A DNA stretch of 64,000 nucleotides from an uncultured Pelagibacteraceae bacterium (GTDB lineage: Bacteria > Pseudomonadota > Alphaproteobacteria > Pelagibacterales > Pelagibacteraceae), in NCBI GenBank assembly GCA_902532225.1, contig CACAHI010000002.1:569-64568 (forward strand), read 5' to 3'. Below are positions 19,520-29,127 of the stretch, one piece after another. The first letter of the stretch is position 1. Each line of letters begins with the position of its first letter. The position numbers were made by a program, and so were the translations under genes. The notes below the pieces were generated by a model. That model was given only the letters and a program-made list of their open reading frames with translations. It was not told the DNA's origin and ran no database searches.

Positions 19520-20717
19520 TTGCTTTCTCTTTTATAGGTAAATGTATCAAGCCTGCAAATAAAGATAAAGCGATAGAAATGTACCAGGCATAATCCAAAG
19601 AACCATATAAATCATGAAACAGGCCGCCTAAGTAAGCTCCAAGAAAAGATCCAACTTGATGACTTAAGAAAACAAAACCATATAGCAAAGATATATACTT
19701 TGTTCCAAAAATATGACCAACAATACCATTTGTTGGAGGGACTGTAGATAACCATAAATAGCCAAATGTTGCTCCAAAAATTAAAGAATTAATTACATTG
19801 GCTGGCATAAATACAAAGTAAATTAAAGAAACTCCTCTTAATAAATAAATAGCACTTAAAAGTTTTTTCTTACTAACTTTTGTCGATAAGTAACCGCTTG
19901 ATAAAGTTCCAAAAACATTAAACAAACCTATTAATGCCAAAATTGCAGTTGCTGTCCAATCTTCAAGTCCTTTGTCTCTAATGTGCATAGGTATATGAGT
20001 TGCAACAAGAGCTATATGCCAACCACAAACAAAAAATCCTAGCGTTAGATAATTAAAACTTTTATTAGAAAATGCTTCTTTAATAGCCTCCATGGCAGTT
20101 TGGTCATTTTTGTTTTCTTGTTTAAATTCTGACATAGGAGTTGATAAAAATAGTGAAATAACTAACCCTGCCAAAATCATGACGCCAAAAATTACCAATG
20201 TTGTATTCCATCCAAATTCCATCAGTGTAAATCTTGTGTACATAGGAGATATAAAATATCCGAAGGAACCTGCTGCTGTAACAATTCCCGTTGCTATAGT
20301 TCTTGAATTTAATGGAAAATGTTTAGCTACAATTGAAACAGGAATACTTATAGCTGTAGCAGCAAGTCCAATTCCAATTAAAATTCCTATATCAAAAGTA
20401 AACCAAAACCCTGTATTAGGTCCATAATTTAAAAAATAAATTCCTGCTAAATAAAATATAAAACCTATAAAAACAGCAACCCTTCCGCTAAATTTATCTG
20501 TAATTATCCCAAAAATAGGTCCAAATAATCCCCAAAAAAATAATTGAATACCCATTGCAAAACCAAATTCAGTTTGGGTACAACCTAGATCTACTTCAAA
20601 ATCAAAAAAGAAAAGACCAAAAGTTTGCCTAATGCCTAGAGAAATAATAACCACTAAGCAAGCAGCTGTTAAGGTTACTAATGCTGTTTTATTTGGTATA
20701 AAATTTTCTTTGTTCAT
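19497..20717 (-). CDS. MFS transporter
   Basis: About 12 TM helices; GFFVCGWH, WLSTVPPT and HQVGSFLGA motifs. Confidence 0.9.
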   Translation of the reverse strand: MNKENFIPNKTALVTLTAACLVVIISLGIRQTFGLFFFDFEVDLGCTQTEFGFAMGIQLFFWGLFGPIFGIITDKFSGRVAVFIGFIFYLAGIYFLNYGPNTGFWFTFDIGILIGIGLAATAISIPVSIVAKHFPLNSRTIATGIVTAAGSFGYFISPMYTRFTLMEFGWNTTLVIFGVMILAGLVISLFLSTPMSEFKQENKNDQTAMEAIKEAFSNKSFNYLTLGFFVCGWHIALVATHIPMHIRDKGLEDWTATAILALIGLFNVFGTLSSGYLSTKVSKKKLLSAIYLLRGVSLIYFVFMPANVINSLIFGATFGYLWLSTVPPTNGIVGHIFGTKYISLLYGFVFLSHQVGSFLGAYLGGLFHDLYGSLDYAWYISIALSLFAGLIHLPIKEKAIERPQLA

Positions 20718-21889
20718 CTAATAAATTTTAAAGATCTTTTTAAATCTTCAATCAAATCTTTTGGATCTTCTAAGCCAATATGAAGTCTTACTAAATGTTC
20801 ATTTTTTTCTAACTTTAAAAATTTTCTGTTACCTTGTTCTCTTATATCTTGATGTAGTGCAAGGCTTTCAAATCCACCCCAACTATAACCGTAACCAAAT
20901 AATTTCAAAGAATTTACAAATTTTATTACAGATTGCTTGTTTTTTGATTTAATTTTTAATCCCATTAAACCCGATGCACCTTTGTAATATTTTTTCCACA
21001 TTCTAAAATTAAAGGAGTCTTTTTTATAAGGGTACAGAAGTTTAACTTTTTTATTTTTAGATAAAAATGAAGCTACCTTTCTGGCATTCTCTTGGTGTCT
21101 ATCTAATCTTACATCTAAAGTTCTTAAACCCCTGGTAATTAGGTACGCATCATCTGGTCCAAGTCTCAAACCAGTTATTTTATGAGCTTTTTCTACATGC
21201 TTAAATATTTTTTTATTAACTGCTAGGCTTCCTCCCATTACATCTGAATGACCAGAATAATATTTCGTTGCGGATACAATTGACATATCAAAACCTAATT
21301 TGACTGGTTTGAAAAAGTAAGGTGTTGCCCATGTATTATCTATAGCAGTGAATATTTTCCTTTTTCTTGCTATTGAAATAATCTTGGACAAATCTTGAAA
21401 TTCAAAAGTGTTACTTCCTGGATTTTCAACAAAAATTAATTTTGTATTTTTTGTAATATTTTTTTTAAGTGAATTAATATCATGAGGATTATAAAATACT
21501 GTCTTGATATTATATTCTTTTAAATAGTCTTCTGTAAGTAGTCTTGTAGGTTTATATACTGGATCTGAAACTAATATTTCATCTCCTGGTCGTGTTACAC
21601 TAAATATTGCCAAAAAAACTGAACCAAATCCTGTTGGTGTTAAAAACACATGGTAAGATTCTTCTAATTTATTCAAAATTTTTTCCAAAACATGAGTAGT
21701 TGATGTTCCCTGGCGGCCGTAATCAAAATGTCCACCAGTAGGATCTTTTTTATATTTATTTTGTGTTTTTCTAATATCTTGAATAGATTTAAATATAATC
21801 GTTGAAGCTCTAACAACTGGAGGATTGACTGACTGATTATGAAAATCCTTTGCCGTGTGTTTTAAAAAAGTTTTAAATGATTTATCCAT
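20714..21889 (-). CDS. metC: Cystathionine beta-lyase (PLP trans-sulfuration family)
   Basis: VNPPVVRAST, YGRQGT, DNTWAT, SATKYYSGHSD and YSWGGFESL motifs. Confidence 0.9.
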   Translation of the reverse strand: MDKSFKTFLKHTAKDFHNQSVNPPVVRASTIIFKSIQDIRKTQNKYKKDPTGGHFDYGRQGTSTTHVLEKILNKLEESYHVFLTPTGFGSVFLAIFSVTRPGDEILVSDPVYKPTRLLTEDYLKEYNIKTVFYNPHDINSLKKNITKNTKLIFVENPGSNTFEFQDLSKIISIARKRKIFTAIDNTWATPYFFKPVKLGFDMSIVSATKYYSGHSDVMGGSLAVNKKIFKHVEKAHKITGLRLGPDDAYLITRGLRTLDVRLDRHQENARKVASFLSKNKKVKLLYPYKKDSFNFRMWKKYYKGASGLMGLKIKSKNKQSVIKFVNSLKLFGYGYSWGGFESLALHQDIREQGNRKFLKLEKNEHLVRLHIGLEDPKDLIEDLKRSLKFIR

Positions 21890-21965
21890 AAAAAAATTTG
21901 ATATGTAGACAGGACAATGCTATATCCATTAAATAAGTCAATAAAATTATATAAATGAGGTAAAC

Positions 21966-22049
21966 ATGGGATATCCAAAAAAACATAGAGGCCGTAGAAA
22001 AATGGGCTCTAAAAAAAGAAGAGCAAGAAAAAAAAATAAGAAAAAATAA
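21966..22049 (+). CDS. 27-aa highly basic peptide (not in ORF track)
   Basis: MGYPKKHRGRRKMGSKKRRARKKNKKK; preceded by GAGGT Shine-Dalgarno sequence; ends 14 nt before the next gene. Confidence 0.7.
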   Translation: MGYPKKHRGRRKMGSKKRRARKKNKKK

Positions 22050-22063
22050 CCTTTTCAAAAAAA

Positions 22064-22768
22064 ATGGATAAAATAAAAACTGTTAAATCCATAAGTATAT
22101 GGATTTTCTTAGTTCCTTTTTTAGCGGTAAATACATGTTTAATATTGGTAACTCAATTTCACAGTTTGTTTCCAAACCCTGTTGATGTTATACACAACAC
22201 AATACCCTACATCGATGGTAAAGCTTCAATAAGTAGAACTGCTAGAGTATTTCCAACATATCTAATTTTTAAGCCAGCAATGTTTTTAACTTCATTTTTT
22301 TTAGTAAAATACTGGTTAGCAAATAGAGAAATAATAAGGTTTATAAATACAGAAGATCATAAATATTCAAAATACATAGTCTTTTTGGGAGTTTCTTCTG
22401 CAGTTTTTTTAACAATTCACTCTATTTTTTTAGGAATAAAATTTGATTATGCAGCTTATAAATTGTTTAGAAGAGTTGTTCTTTTGCTTTTTATTATTTT
22501 TGAACTTGTTGCCCAAACATATTTGGTTATAATTTTTTATTCATTTAGAGATAAGTTATTAAATTATATAAATCCTATATATCTCAGATTAAAATTATTT
22601 CTGGTATCATTGTTAATTATAGTTGCAATAATAAGTATTCCAATAGTTTCTCTTCCAGGAAATACATTTCTAAAACACGCACTAGAATGGGATTATTTTG
22701 TTGCTATAATAAGTTTTTACTTACTTACATATTTTATGTGGAGAAACCCTCATTCACACACCGGTTAA
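22064..22768 (+). CDS. Multi-pass membrane protein of unknown function
   Basis: About 6 hydrophobic segments; PYIDGKASISRTAR and LEW motifs. Confidence 0.75.
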   Translation: MDKIKTVKSISIWIFLVPFLAVNTCLILVTQFHSLFPNPVDVIHNTIPYIDGKASISRTARVFPTYLIFKPAMFLTSFFLVKYWLANREIIRFINTEDHKYSKYIVFLGVSSAVFLTIHSIFLGIKFDYAAYKLFRRVVLLLFIIFELVAQTYLVIIFYSFRDKLLNYINPIYLRLKLFLVSLLIIVAIISIPIVSLPGNTFLKHALEWDYFVAIISFYLLTYFMWRNPHSHTG

Positions 22769-22925
22769 GGTGTGTGATGAAAGATTTGGCTCGTCGTTGT
22801 ATGCGCTACCGCCAAGCCATGACCGCTCTACGATTTTAGCGCTACTCCGTAGAACTTTCTGCCCCCTGGGCTTGAACCTCTCGGTTTTTCCCCAATCGGC
22901 CAGTTAAGGGTTGCCCCTTAATTCA
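22750..22925 (-). ncRNA. Unidentified structured non-coding RNA
   Basis: 71 of 130 nt are G/C over 22791-22920 in an AT-rich background; nested stems; GCAA tetraloop hairpin and G-U pairs favour the minus strand; no substantial ORF noticed. Confidence 0.7.
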
Positions 22926-22998
22926 TTTTTAACAATATCAAAGTTAATAAGTTGTATGTATCACTTTTTGGTTGTTTTTTAATTATAATGAAATGTAT

Positions 22999-23016
22999 TG
23001 TGGATAATGTGGATAA
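22999..23016. promoter_or_regulatory. Two tandem perfect DnaA boxes
   Basis: TGTGGATAA-TGTGGATAA (reverse complement TTATCCACA twice), abutting the mnmA stop codon. Confidence 0.7.
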
Positions 23017-24135
23017 TTATTTTTTAATCCATCCACCACCTAAAAGCTTATCTCCAAATTTATCTTTTTTATAAAATACACATGCTTGACCTGGGGATAT
23101 GCCGTACTCATTTTCAAATAAAACAACTTCAGCTTGATTATTATCAATCAAATTAATTTTTGATTTTAAAAGCTTTCCTGTAGATCTTACTTTTGTATAA
23201 ACTTCCTCGCTAAATTCATCTTTATTTGCCAATAGATTAATTTTATTTATTTTAATTTTATTCTTTATCAATTTATTACGTGAACCAACTATTATTTCGT
23301 TTTTATCTGAATTAATATCTATCACATACAAAGGCTCTTTATCGGATACCTTGATTCCTTTTCTTTGTCCTATTGTAAAATTAATAATACCTTCATGAAC
23401 GCCAATAACCTTTCCTTCTAAATTTTTAATATTTCCCTTTTTATAAGAGTCAGGTCTAAATTTTTTAATTACTGAAGCATAATCTCCATTTGGAACAAAA
23501 CATATGTCTTGACTGTCAGGTTTCTCAGCAACATTTAAGTGTAATTCTTTTGCTATATTTCTTGTTTCACTCTTCAATTTAGTTCCTAAAGGAAATCTTA
23601 AATAATTTAATTGTTCTCTTGTAGTGTTAAATAAAAAATAACTCTGATCTCTATTTTCATCAATTGCTCTATACATATTTGTTGTATTTCCAGTAGTTAT
23701 ACTTTTTACGTAATGTCCTGTAATTAATGCATCTGCATCTAAATTTTTTGCCTCATCAAATAAATCTGTAAATTTTACACTCTGATTACACTGAACACAT
23801 GGTATAGGTGTTTCTCCGCTTAAATAACTATCTATAAAATTATCAATCACATTTTCTTTAAATTTATTTTGGTAATAAAGAATTTTATGATCTATATTAA
23901 GTTTGTGAGCTACCCTTTTAGCGTCAATTATATCTTGTCCTGCACAACATTGTTTTGATTTAGAAACTTGTTGGGTATCATCGTAAAGTTTTAATGTAAT
24001 TCCTATAACTTGATATCCTTCTTTTTTCATCATTCCTGCAACAGTTGATGAGTCGACACCTCCTGACATTGCTACAACAATTTTTGTCTCTTCGGGTTTT
24101 TTATCTAATCCTATTGAATTTAAATTATTTTCCAT
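23017..24135 (-). CDS. mnmA: tRNA 2-thiouridine(34) synthase
   Basis: [42 protein letters not shown] and PGQACV motifs; start trimmed to ATG at 24135. Confidence 0.97.
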   Translation of the reverse strand: MENNLNSIGLDKKPEETKIVVAMSGGVDSSTVAGMMKKEGYQVIGITLKLYDDTQQVSKSKQCCAGQDIIDAKRVAHKLNIDHKILYYQNKFKENVIDNFIDSYLSGETPIPCVQCNQSVKFTDLFDEAKNLDADALITGHYVKSITTGNTTNMYRAIDENRDQSYFLFNTTREQLNYLRFPLGTKLKSETRNIAKELHLNVAEKPDSQDICFVPNGDYASVIKKFRPDSYKKGNIKNLEGKVIGVHEGIINFTIGQRKGIKVSDKEPLYVIDINSDKNEIIVGSRNKLIKNKIKINKINLLANKDEFSEEVYTKVRSTGKLLKSKINLIDNNQAEVVLFENEYGISPGQACVFYKKDKFGDKLLGGGWIKK

Positions 24136-24177
24136 TTTGATGGTATTTATACTTTTTTCTATTATAAATGAAAATAA

Positions 24178-24342
24178 ATGTTTGTGGAGTATGAACCGGG
24201 GGATAAAGTAATAAATCCATCTAAAAAAGATTGGGGAATTGGCCAAGTTCAATCTATCATAAAGTACAAAGTAACAGTAAATTTTGAAAATGTTGGTAAA
24301 AAAGTGATCGACATAAGAAACTTAGAATTAGAAAAGATATAA
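24178..24342 (+). CDS. DUF3553-like small protein (54 aa; not in ORF track)
   Basis: [54 protein letters not shown]; WGIGQVQS...VTVNFEN signature; stop overlaps the cysQ start. Confidence 0.85.
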   Translation: MFVEYEPGDKVINPSKKDWGIGQVQSIIKYKVTVNFENVGKKVIDIRNLELEKI

Positions 24343-25118
24343 TGGAAAAGAAATATAGCATAGCATTAGTAGACGAATTAATTAATGTTTTCAAAAAAGC
24401 CGGTCAATTAAGTATTGAACTACGTAATAAAGGTTTAATAAAAAAAACTAAGTCAGATGATACTCCGGTAACTAATGGTGATATTGAAGTTAACAATATA
24501 TTGGTAAATGAAATAAAAAGACTTACACCTAAATATCCTATTGTATCTGAGGAAACATTAGAAAATAAGTTTGAAAAAAATTTAAAAAATTTTTGGTTAA
24601 TTGATCCAATTGATGGAACTTACGATTATATAAACAACAAAGATGAATTTACATTAAATGCAGCACTTATTGTTGATAAGTCACCATTTTTAGGAATAGT
24701 TTATGCACCAAGTAAAAAAAGATTATTTTATACTTATGGCGATAAAAAAAGTTTTGAAATTAACGATAAAGGTCTAGTTGAATTAAAATGCCAAAAAATT
24801 ACAAAAAAAGATGAAGTGGTTGCATTAACTTATTCTAATAATATTAAGTCTGAAATATTAGAAATTCACAAAAAAAATGAGGTAACAAGTTTTGTAAAAA
24901 TGAAAAGTTCATTAAAGTTTTGTGTAATTGCCGCTGGTGAATTTGACTTGTATGTTGCAGAACCAAGAGCCTGTGAATGGGATATTGCTGCAGGTCATGC
25001 AATTCTTAAAAATGCAGGTGGAATTATTACTGACTTTGAAGGTAATGAAATATTATATGGTAAAAAAGATTTTATAAATCCAAGTATAGTTTTAAAAAGA
25101 TCTCACAATTTAAAATGA
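24342..25118 (+). CDS. cysQ: 3'(2'),5'-bisphosphate nucleotidase
   Basis: PVTNGD, SEE, WLIDPIDGT, SSLKFC and EWDIAAGHA motifs. Confidence 0.9.
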   Translation: MEKKYSIALVDELINVFKKAGQLSIELRNKGLIKKTKSDDTPVTNGDIEVNNILVNEIKRLTPKYPIVSEETLENKFEKNLKNFWLIDPIDGTYDYINNKDEFTLNAALIVDKSPFLGIVYAPSKKRLFYTYGDKKSFEINDKGLVELKCQKITKKDEVVALTYSNNIKSEILEIHKKNEVTSFVKMKSSLKFCVIAAGEFDLYVAEPRACEWDIAAGHAILKNAGGIITDFEGNEILYGKKDFINPSIVLKRSHNLK

Positions 25119-25252
25119 GTGAACAATTAAGAATTATATTAATTATAATAGTTTCTGTATCTATATTTGGTTTATTAGTATTTGTTTTTGTAAAAAATTA
25201 TATAAAAAATAAAATTGACTATTATCAAAAAGAAAAAAATAAAAAAAATTAA
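25115..25252 (+). CDS. Putative 45-aa single-TM protein (not in ORF track)
   Basis: MSEQLRIILIIIVSVSIFGLLVFVFVKNYIKNKIDYYQKEKNKKN; ATGA overlap with the cysQ stop. Confidence 0.6.
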   Translation: MSEQLRIILIIIVSVSIFGLLVFVFVKNYIKNKIDYYQKEKNKKN

Positions 25253-25812
25253 AGTAAATTTATAATTTTTAGATATTCATCTTTATTTAAATCCATAACT
25301 TTTTTTGATGTTTCAAAATCAAATCCTGAACGTGCTAAAATTGCAATGTCTTTTTTATAAAAAAGATTTCTGTTATCCTCTGCTCTAGAAGGTCCAATTT
25401 TTTTTTTTTTACAAATTTTTATCGCTGAAAAAAAATCTTGATCTTCATTATTATCTTTTATTTGATTAATAGTCTCCAGGATATATTTATTATCAATTCC
25501 CTTTGATAATAAATAGTTTCTAATTTTATTTATTGAACTTCCTCTATTAAGTAAACTTTTTGCTTTTGAATTTGAATAAAAGCTATCATTTACAAATTTA
25601 CTTTTTTCTAAATCCTGTAAAACTACATCAATAAGATCAGTAACATTTTTTTTATTTATATTGTGTAATTTAGACTGTAAATATTTTTTTAGTAAATAAG
25701 TTTTTAACTGTTGTTTAGAAGGCGCATATTTTTCAATATAAGTTAAAGAGAAATTACGCATCTCTTCAACAGTTACTTCCAAGGATTTTTTTTTATTTTT
25801 TGTATGAATCAT
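25249..25812 (-). CDS. recX: RecX-family regulator
   Basis: YIEKY..S, F(V)ND..Y, RGSS..KI..YL..KGI and LARSGF pattern; start trimmed to ATG at 25812. Confidence 0.75.
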   Translation of the reverse strand: MIHTKNKKKSLEVTVEEMRNFSLTYIEKYAPSKQQLKTYLLKKYLQSKLHNINKKNVTDLIDVVLQDLEKSKFVNDSFYSNSKAKSLLNRGSSINKIRNYLLSKGIDNKYILETINQIKDNNEDQDFFSAIKICKKKKIGPSRAEDNRNLFYKKDIAILARSGFDFETSKKVMDLNKDEYLKIINLL

Positions 25813-25839
25813 TAAATCTCTATTATAATATATCCACAA

Positions 25840-26313
25840 ATGATCGAACAAATTTCTAATTTTTTCTCAATTGAAATGATATATTTATGGTTAAATATAG
25901 GTGTTTTGCCATTTTGGATTTTATTAATTTTTTTTTCACACACTAGATTATCTTCTTTTCTAGTAACATCTATTTTCCCACATTTAATTTTAGGAGGTCT
26001 TTATATTTATTTAGTTTACTATTTTTATATATCTGGCTACGACTTTTTAAATAATTTCAAACTTTATTTGGGCATAAAACATCTAAATAATTTATTTTCA
26101 GATTATCCTTTCTTATTAATGTTTTGGGTACATTTCATTGCAATTAATCTTTTTTGTGGATGCTGGATAGTAAGAGATTCACAAAAATTAATGATTTCGA
26201 AATTCTTTATATTTTTGCCTCTAATTGTTACTTACTTTGTTGGGCCTCTGGGTCTATTAATCTATTGGATAATTAGAATATTTTTTGCAAAAAGAATAAG
26301 TCTTTATGATTAA
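25840..26313 (+). CDS. ABA4/DUF4281-family membrane protein
   Basis: VLPFW, WVHFIAINLFCG and GPLGLL motifs. Confidence 0.8.
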   Translation: MIEQISNFFSIEMIYLWLNIGVLPFWILLIFFSHTRLSSFLVTSIFPHLILGGLYIYLVYYFYISGYDFLNNFKLYLGIKHLNNLFSDYPFLLMFWVHFIAINLFCGCWIVRDSQKLMISKFFIFLPLIVTYFVGPLGLLIYWIIRIFFAKRISLYD

Positions 26314-26321
26314 TATAAAGA

Positions 26322-26708
26322 TTATTTATTTACCTTAAATCCAGAACTTTGCATTAATCCAAAACCACCCTCAACATGTGATACATTTTCAAAACCCATT
26401 TCTTTAAGTGCTTTTGCTGCTAATGCTGATCTTCCTCCAGCGGCACAAAACAGTACAATTTCTTTATTTAGATCTATTTTTTTATTTTGGACATGTGCAC
26501 TTTCAGGATGTATAGAAAATTCTAATAAACCCCTTGAAATATTTAGCGAATTTTCGATACTTCCAGTTTTTTGAAGCTCAACTGCATCTCTAATATCAAT
26601 TAGGTTGCATTTGTTTTCAGTAGACAATTTCAAAGCTTCTTCTGGAGAAATAGTTTTTACTGATTTTAATGCTTCCGCAACAAGAGTTTGTGATGATTTA
26701 ATTTTCAT
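26322..26708 (-). CDS. Rhodanese-like domain protein
   Basis: LIDIRD, RGLLEF, FCAAGGRSALA and VEGGF motifs. Confidence 0.9.
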   Translation of the reverse strand: MKIKSSQTLVAEALKSVKTISPEEALKLSTENKCNLIDIRDAVELQKTGSIENSLNISRGLLEFSIHPESAHVQNKKIDLNKEIVLFCAAGGRSALAAKALKEMGFENVSHVEGGFGLMQSSGFKVNK

Positions 26709-26731
26709 TTTATATTACATATATTTATATA

Positions 26732-27760
26732 ATGAAAGAATCGCATTTAAAGAAAAAAAATAGCTTTCTTAAGAAGTTTTTCATAAAAATTTGTAGATTA
26801 TTTAATTTTGAGATTATTGATCAGGCAAGTTTTTATTTACCTTTGGAAAATAAGACTGCAGAAGAAAGTTTATCTGTACTTGGAAAAAAGTCCATAACTA
26901 TACCAATGGGTAAAATAGAAATTAAAAGACCAGTTAATAATTTAGATATTATATTTAGATCGTGTTCATCGGTTAATATGTTAACACAAAATAAAAAGAG
27001 ATTGTTTGAAAAGGAAAAGTCTGAGTACACGCTAAGATCACTTAATTCAATTGTTAAGTCATTAAATTATTCTAAAGAAGAATTTAAAAATATTAAAATT
27101 AAAATTACAGTTGTAGATCATAATTCATCCGATCTTGTACTTGAATCAATTAACAAAATTCTTTCTAATAATTATTTTGAATTTGAAGTTTTTAAATTAG
27201 ATATCTCAAAATTTGAAAATGAAATAGATAAAATAAATGAACAAAAAAATAATGTCTCAAATAACCAAATTTCAAATATGTCAAATATCTATCAATCGAT
27301 ATTACTTGCAAAAAAATGTAGTGATTTAGTTTATTTTGTTGAAGATGATTATATTCATACAAAGGAAAGTTTTAAAGAAATCGTTTATACATATGAAAAA
27401 TTTTCAACTATTTTAGAAAAAGATATATTTATATGCCCTGCAGATTATCCATATCTTTATAATTCTCCTGAAAATACAAGAATTTTATTAGGTAATCAAA
27501 AACATTGGAGAATAGTAAATCAAACTTTGTGTACATTTTTAACCAGTCAAAAATTAGTTAATCAGTATTTTGAAGCATTAAAATCAATGTGTAAATTTGA
27601 GCATTATCCTTTTGAAAAACCCTTACATGATATTTATAAAAAAGAGTATTGTTTTAGCCCTGTTCCTTCTTTAGCAATGCATTGCACAAATATAAATTCA
27701 GTTTATGGTTTACCTCCTAACTTTAATTTAAAGAAAATTTGGGATGAAAATGAGGTTTAA
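26732..27760 (+). CDS. GT-A fold glycosyltransferase-like protein
   Basis: VVDHNS and YFVEDDYIH (DxD-type) motifs. Confidence 0.6.
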   Translation: MKESHLKKKNSFLKKFFIKICRLFNFEIIDQASFYLPLENKTAEESLSVLGKKSITIPMGKIEIKRPVNNLDIIFRSCSSVNMLTQNKKRLFEKEKSEYTLRSLNSIVKSLNYSKEEFKNIKIKITVVDHNSSDLVLESINKILSNNYFEFEVFKLDISKFENEIDKINEQKNNVSNNQISNMSNIYQSILLAKKCSDLVYFVEDDYIHTKESFKEIVYTYEKFSTILEKDIFICPADYPYLYNSPENTRILLGNQKHWRIVNQTLCTFLTSQKLVNQYFEALKSMCKFEHYPFEKPLHDIYKKEYCFSPVPSLAMHCTNINSVYGLPPNFNLKKIWDENEV

Positions 27761-27765
27761 TTTTT

Positions 27766-27812
27766 AGAGGTTCTCTGCTGAGTGTTATTAGAGCGGAGAA
27801 CAGAGAACCTCT
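27766..27812. terminator. Hairpin between convergent genes (probable terminator)
   Basis: 12-bp perfect inverted repeat AGAGGTTCTCTG...CAGAGAACCTCT with a 23-nt loop. Confidence 0.7.
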
Positions 27813-27825
27813 TTATCATGATTTG

Positions 27826-29127
27826 TTAATCTCTTATAGCGTAAGCAATTACTCCTGTTTCTGAAACATCTGTTCCTTTAAGTTCAGCTTCTTTGCTTAA
27901 TCTGATACCAATAGTATTTTTCATAATTGACCAAATAATAAATGCTAAAATAAATACGAATACATTTATGGATATAACTCCAAGAAGTTGTGTTCCAAAA
28001 TTAGCACTTGAATTAGTAATTGGTACAGCTAATGTTCCCCAAATACCTGCAAATAAGTGAGCTGGTATAGCTCCAACTACATCATCTATTTTGTATGAAA
28101 AAAGAAGTTTTGTTCCAAATACAACAATTATACCTCCCCCAGCTCCAATTAATATTGCTGCAAGTGGTGACGGCATTAAAGGTTCTGCTGTGATTGCAAC
28201 TAATCCACCAATCGCACCATTTAACATTTGTATTACATCAGTTTTTCCTAACATTAATCTCGTTAAGATTGCTGCAGCCAATACACCTCCGCAAGCTGCA
28301 AGATTTGTATTTATAAAAATTTTAGATACTGCGACAGCATCAGTAAACGATCCCATTGCTAGCTGTGAACCTCCATTAAAACCAAACCATCCCAACCATA
28401 AAACAAATACCCCTAATGTTACTAAAGGAATTGAAGATGCTGCAAAAGGTTTCACAGGTGCTGGATCTCCTTTTTTAGTAAATCTACCTAGTCTTGGTCC
28501 AAGTATAATTGCACCAGCTAAAGCTGCGGCTCCTCCGGCTGAATGAACAAGTGTTGATCCAGCAAAATCAGAAAATCCTCTTGCCGCTAGCCATCCACCG
28601 CCCCATTGCCATCCCATTTGTATCGGATAAATGAAACCTGTTAAAATTGCTGCAAATAAAAAAAATGGCCATAATTTTATTCTCTCTGCTAACGTTCCTG
28701 AAACAATCGAAACAGTAGTTGCACAAAATACCATTTGAAAATACCAATCAGAACCTGCAGAATATCCTGTTTCCAATTTACTACTATCAGACCATGGAAG
28801 AAATTTACCAATGTATCCTCCTTCAGGTATGCCGTAAGCAAGATTATATCCAACTAACCAAAACATTATTCCAGCAATTGAGTATAAACCGATGTTTTTT
28901 GCACAAATTACAGATACACTTTTAGATGTAACCATTCCTGACTCTAACATCGCAAAACCTGCAGCCATGAACATGACTAAAAATCCACAAACTAAAAAAA
29001 GAAAAGTATTAAAAATAAATCCTACTTCAGCAGAAACAGTCGTTTCCGCTGCCCCAGCACTGCTCATATTAAGCAGAAAGGATAAGGTAATAGCTGAAGT
29101 TAAAAACTTTTTCGAAATTTTAAACAT
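27826..29127 (-). CDS. amtB: Ammonium transporter
   Basis: GFAMLESG, FQMVF, AERIK, DFAGSTLVH, WLGWFGFNGGS and DDVVGAIPAH motifs. Confidence 0.97.
   Translation of the reverse strand: MFKISKKFLTSAITLSFLLNMSSAGAAETTVSAEVGFIFNTFLFLVCGFLVMFMAAGFAMLESGMVTSKSVSVICAKNIGLYSIAGIMFWLVGYNLAYGIPEGGYIGKFLPWSDSSKLETGYSAGSDWYFQMVFCATTVSIVSGTLAERIKLWPFFLFAAILTGFIYPIQMGWQWGGGWLAARGFSDFAGSTLVHSAGGAAALAGAIILGPRLGRFTKKGDPAPVKPFAASSIPLVTLGVFVLWLGWFGFNGGSQLAMGSFTDAVAVSKIFINTNLAACGGVLAAAILTRLMLGKTDVIQMLNGAIGGLVAITAEPLMPSPLAAILIGAGGGIIVVFGTKLLFSYKIDDVVGAIPAHLFAGIWGTLAVPITNSSANFGTQLLGVISINVFVFILAFIIWSIMKNTIGIRLSKEAELKGTDVSETGVIAYAIRD

Noticed and set aside
22750-22925. tmRNA, tRNA, SRP, RNase P or cobalamin riboswitch identity for the GC-rich element
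   Set aside because: No acceptor stem with CCA, no tag frame, no SRP or RNase P core and no B12 box were visible; no co-oriented gene lies directly downstream
24136-24252. N-terminal extension of mnmA
   Set aside because: It overlaps the opposite-strand DUF3553-like gene; the plausible start is ATG at 24135
25830-25838. Additional DnaA box (ATATCCACA)
   Set aside because: One mismatch and a single copy; expected by chance in AT-rich DNA
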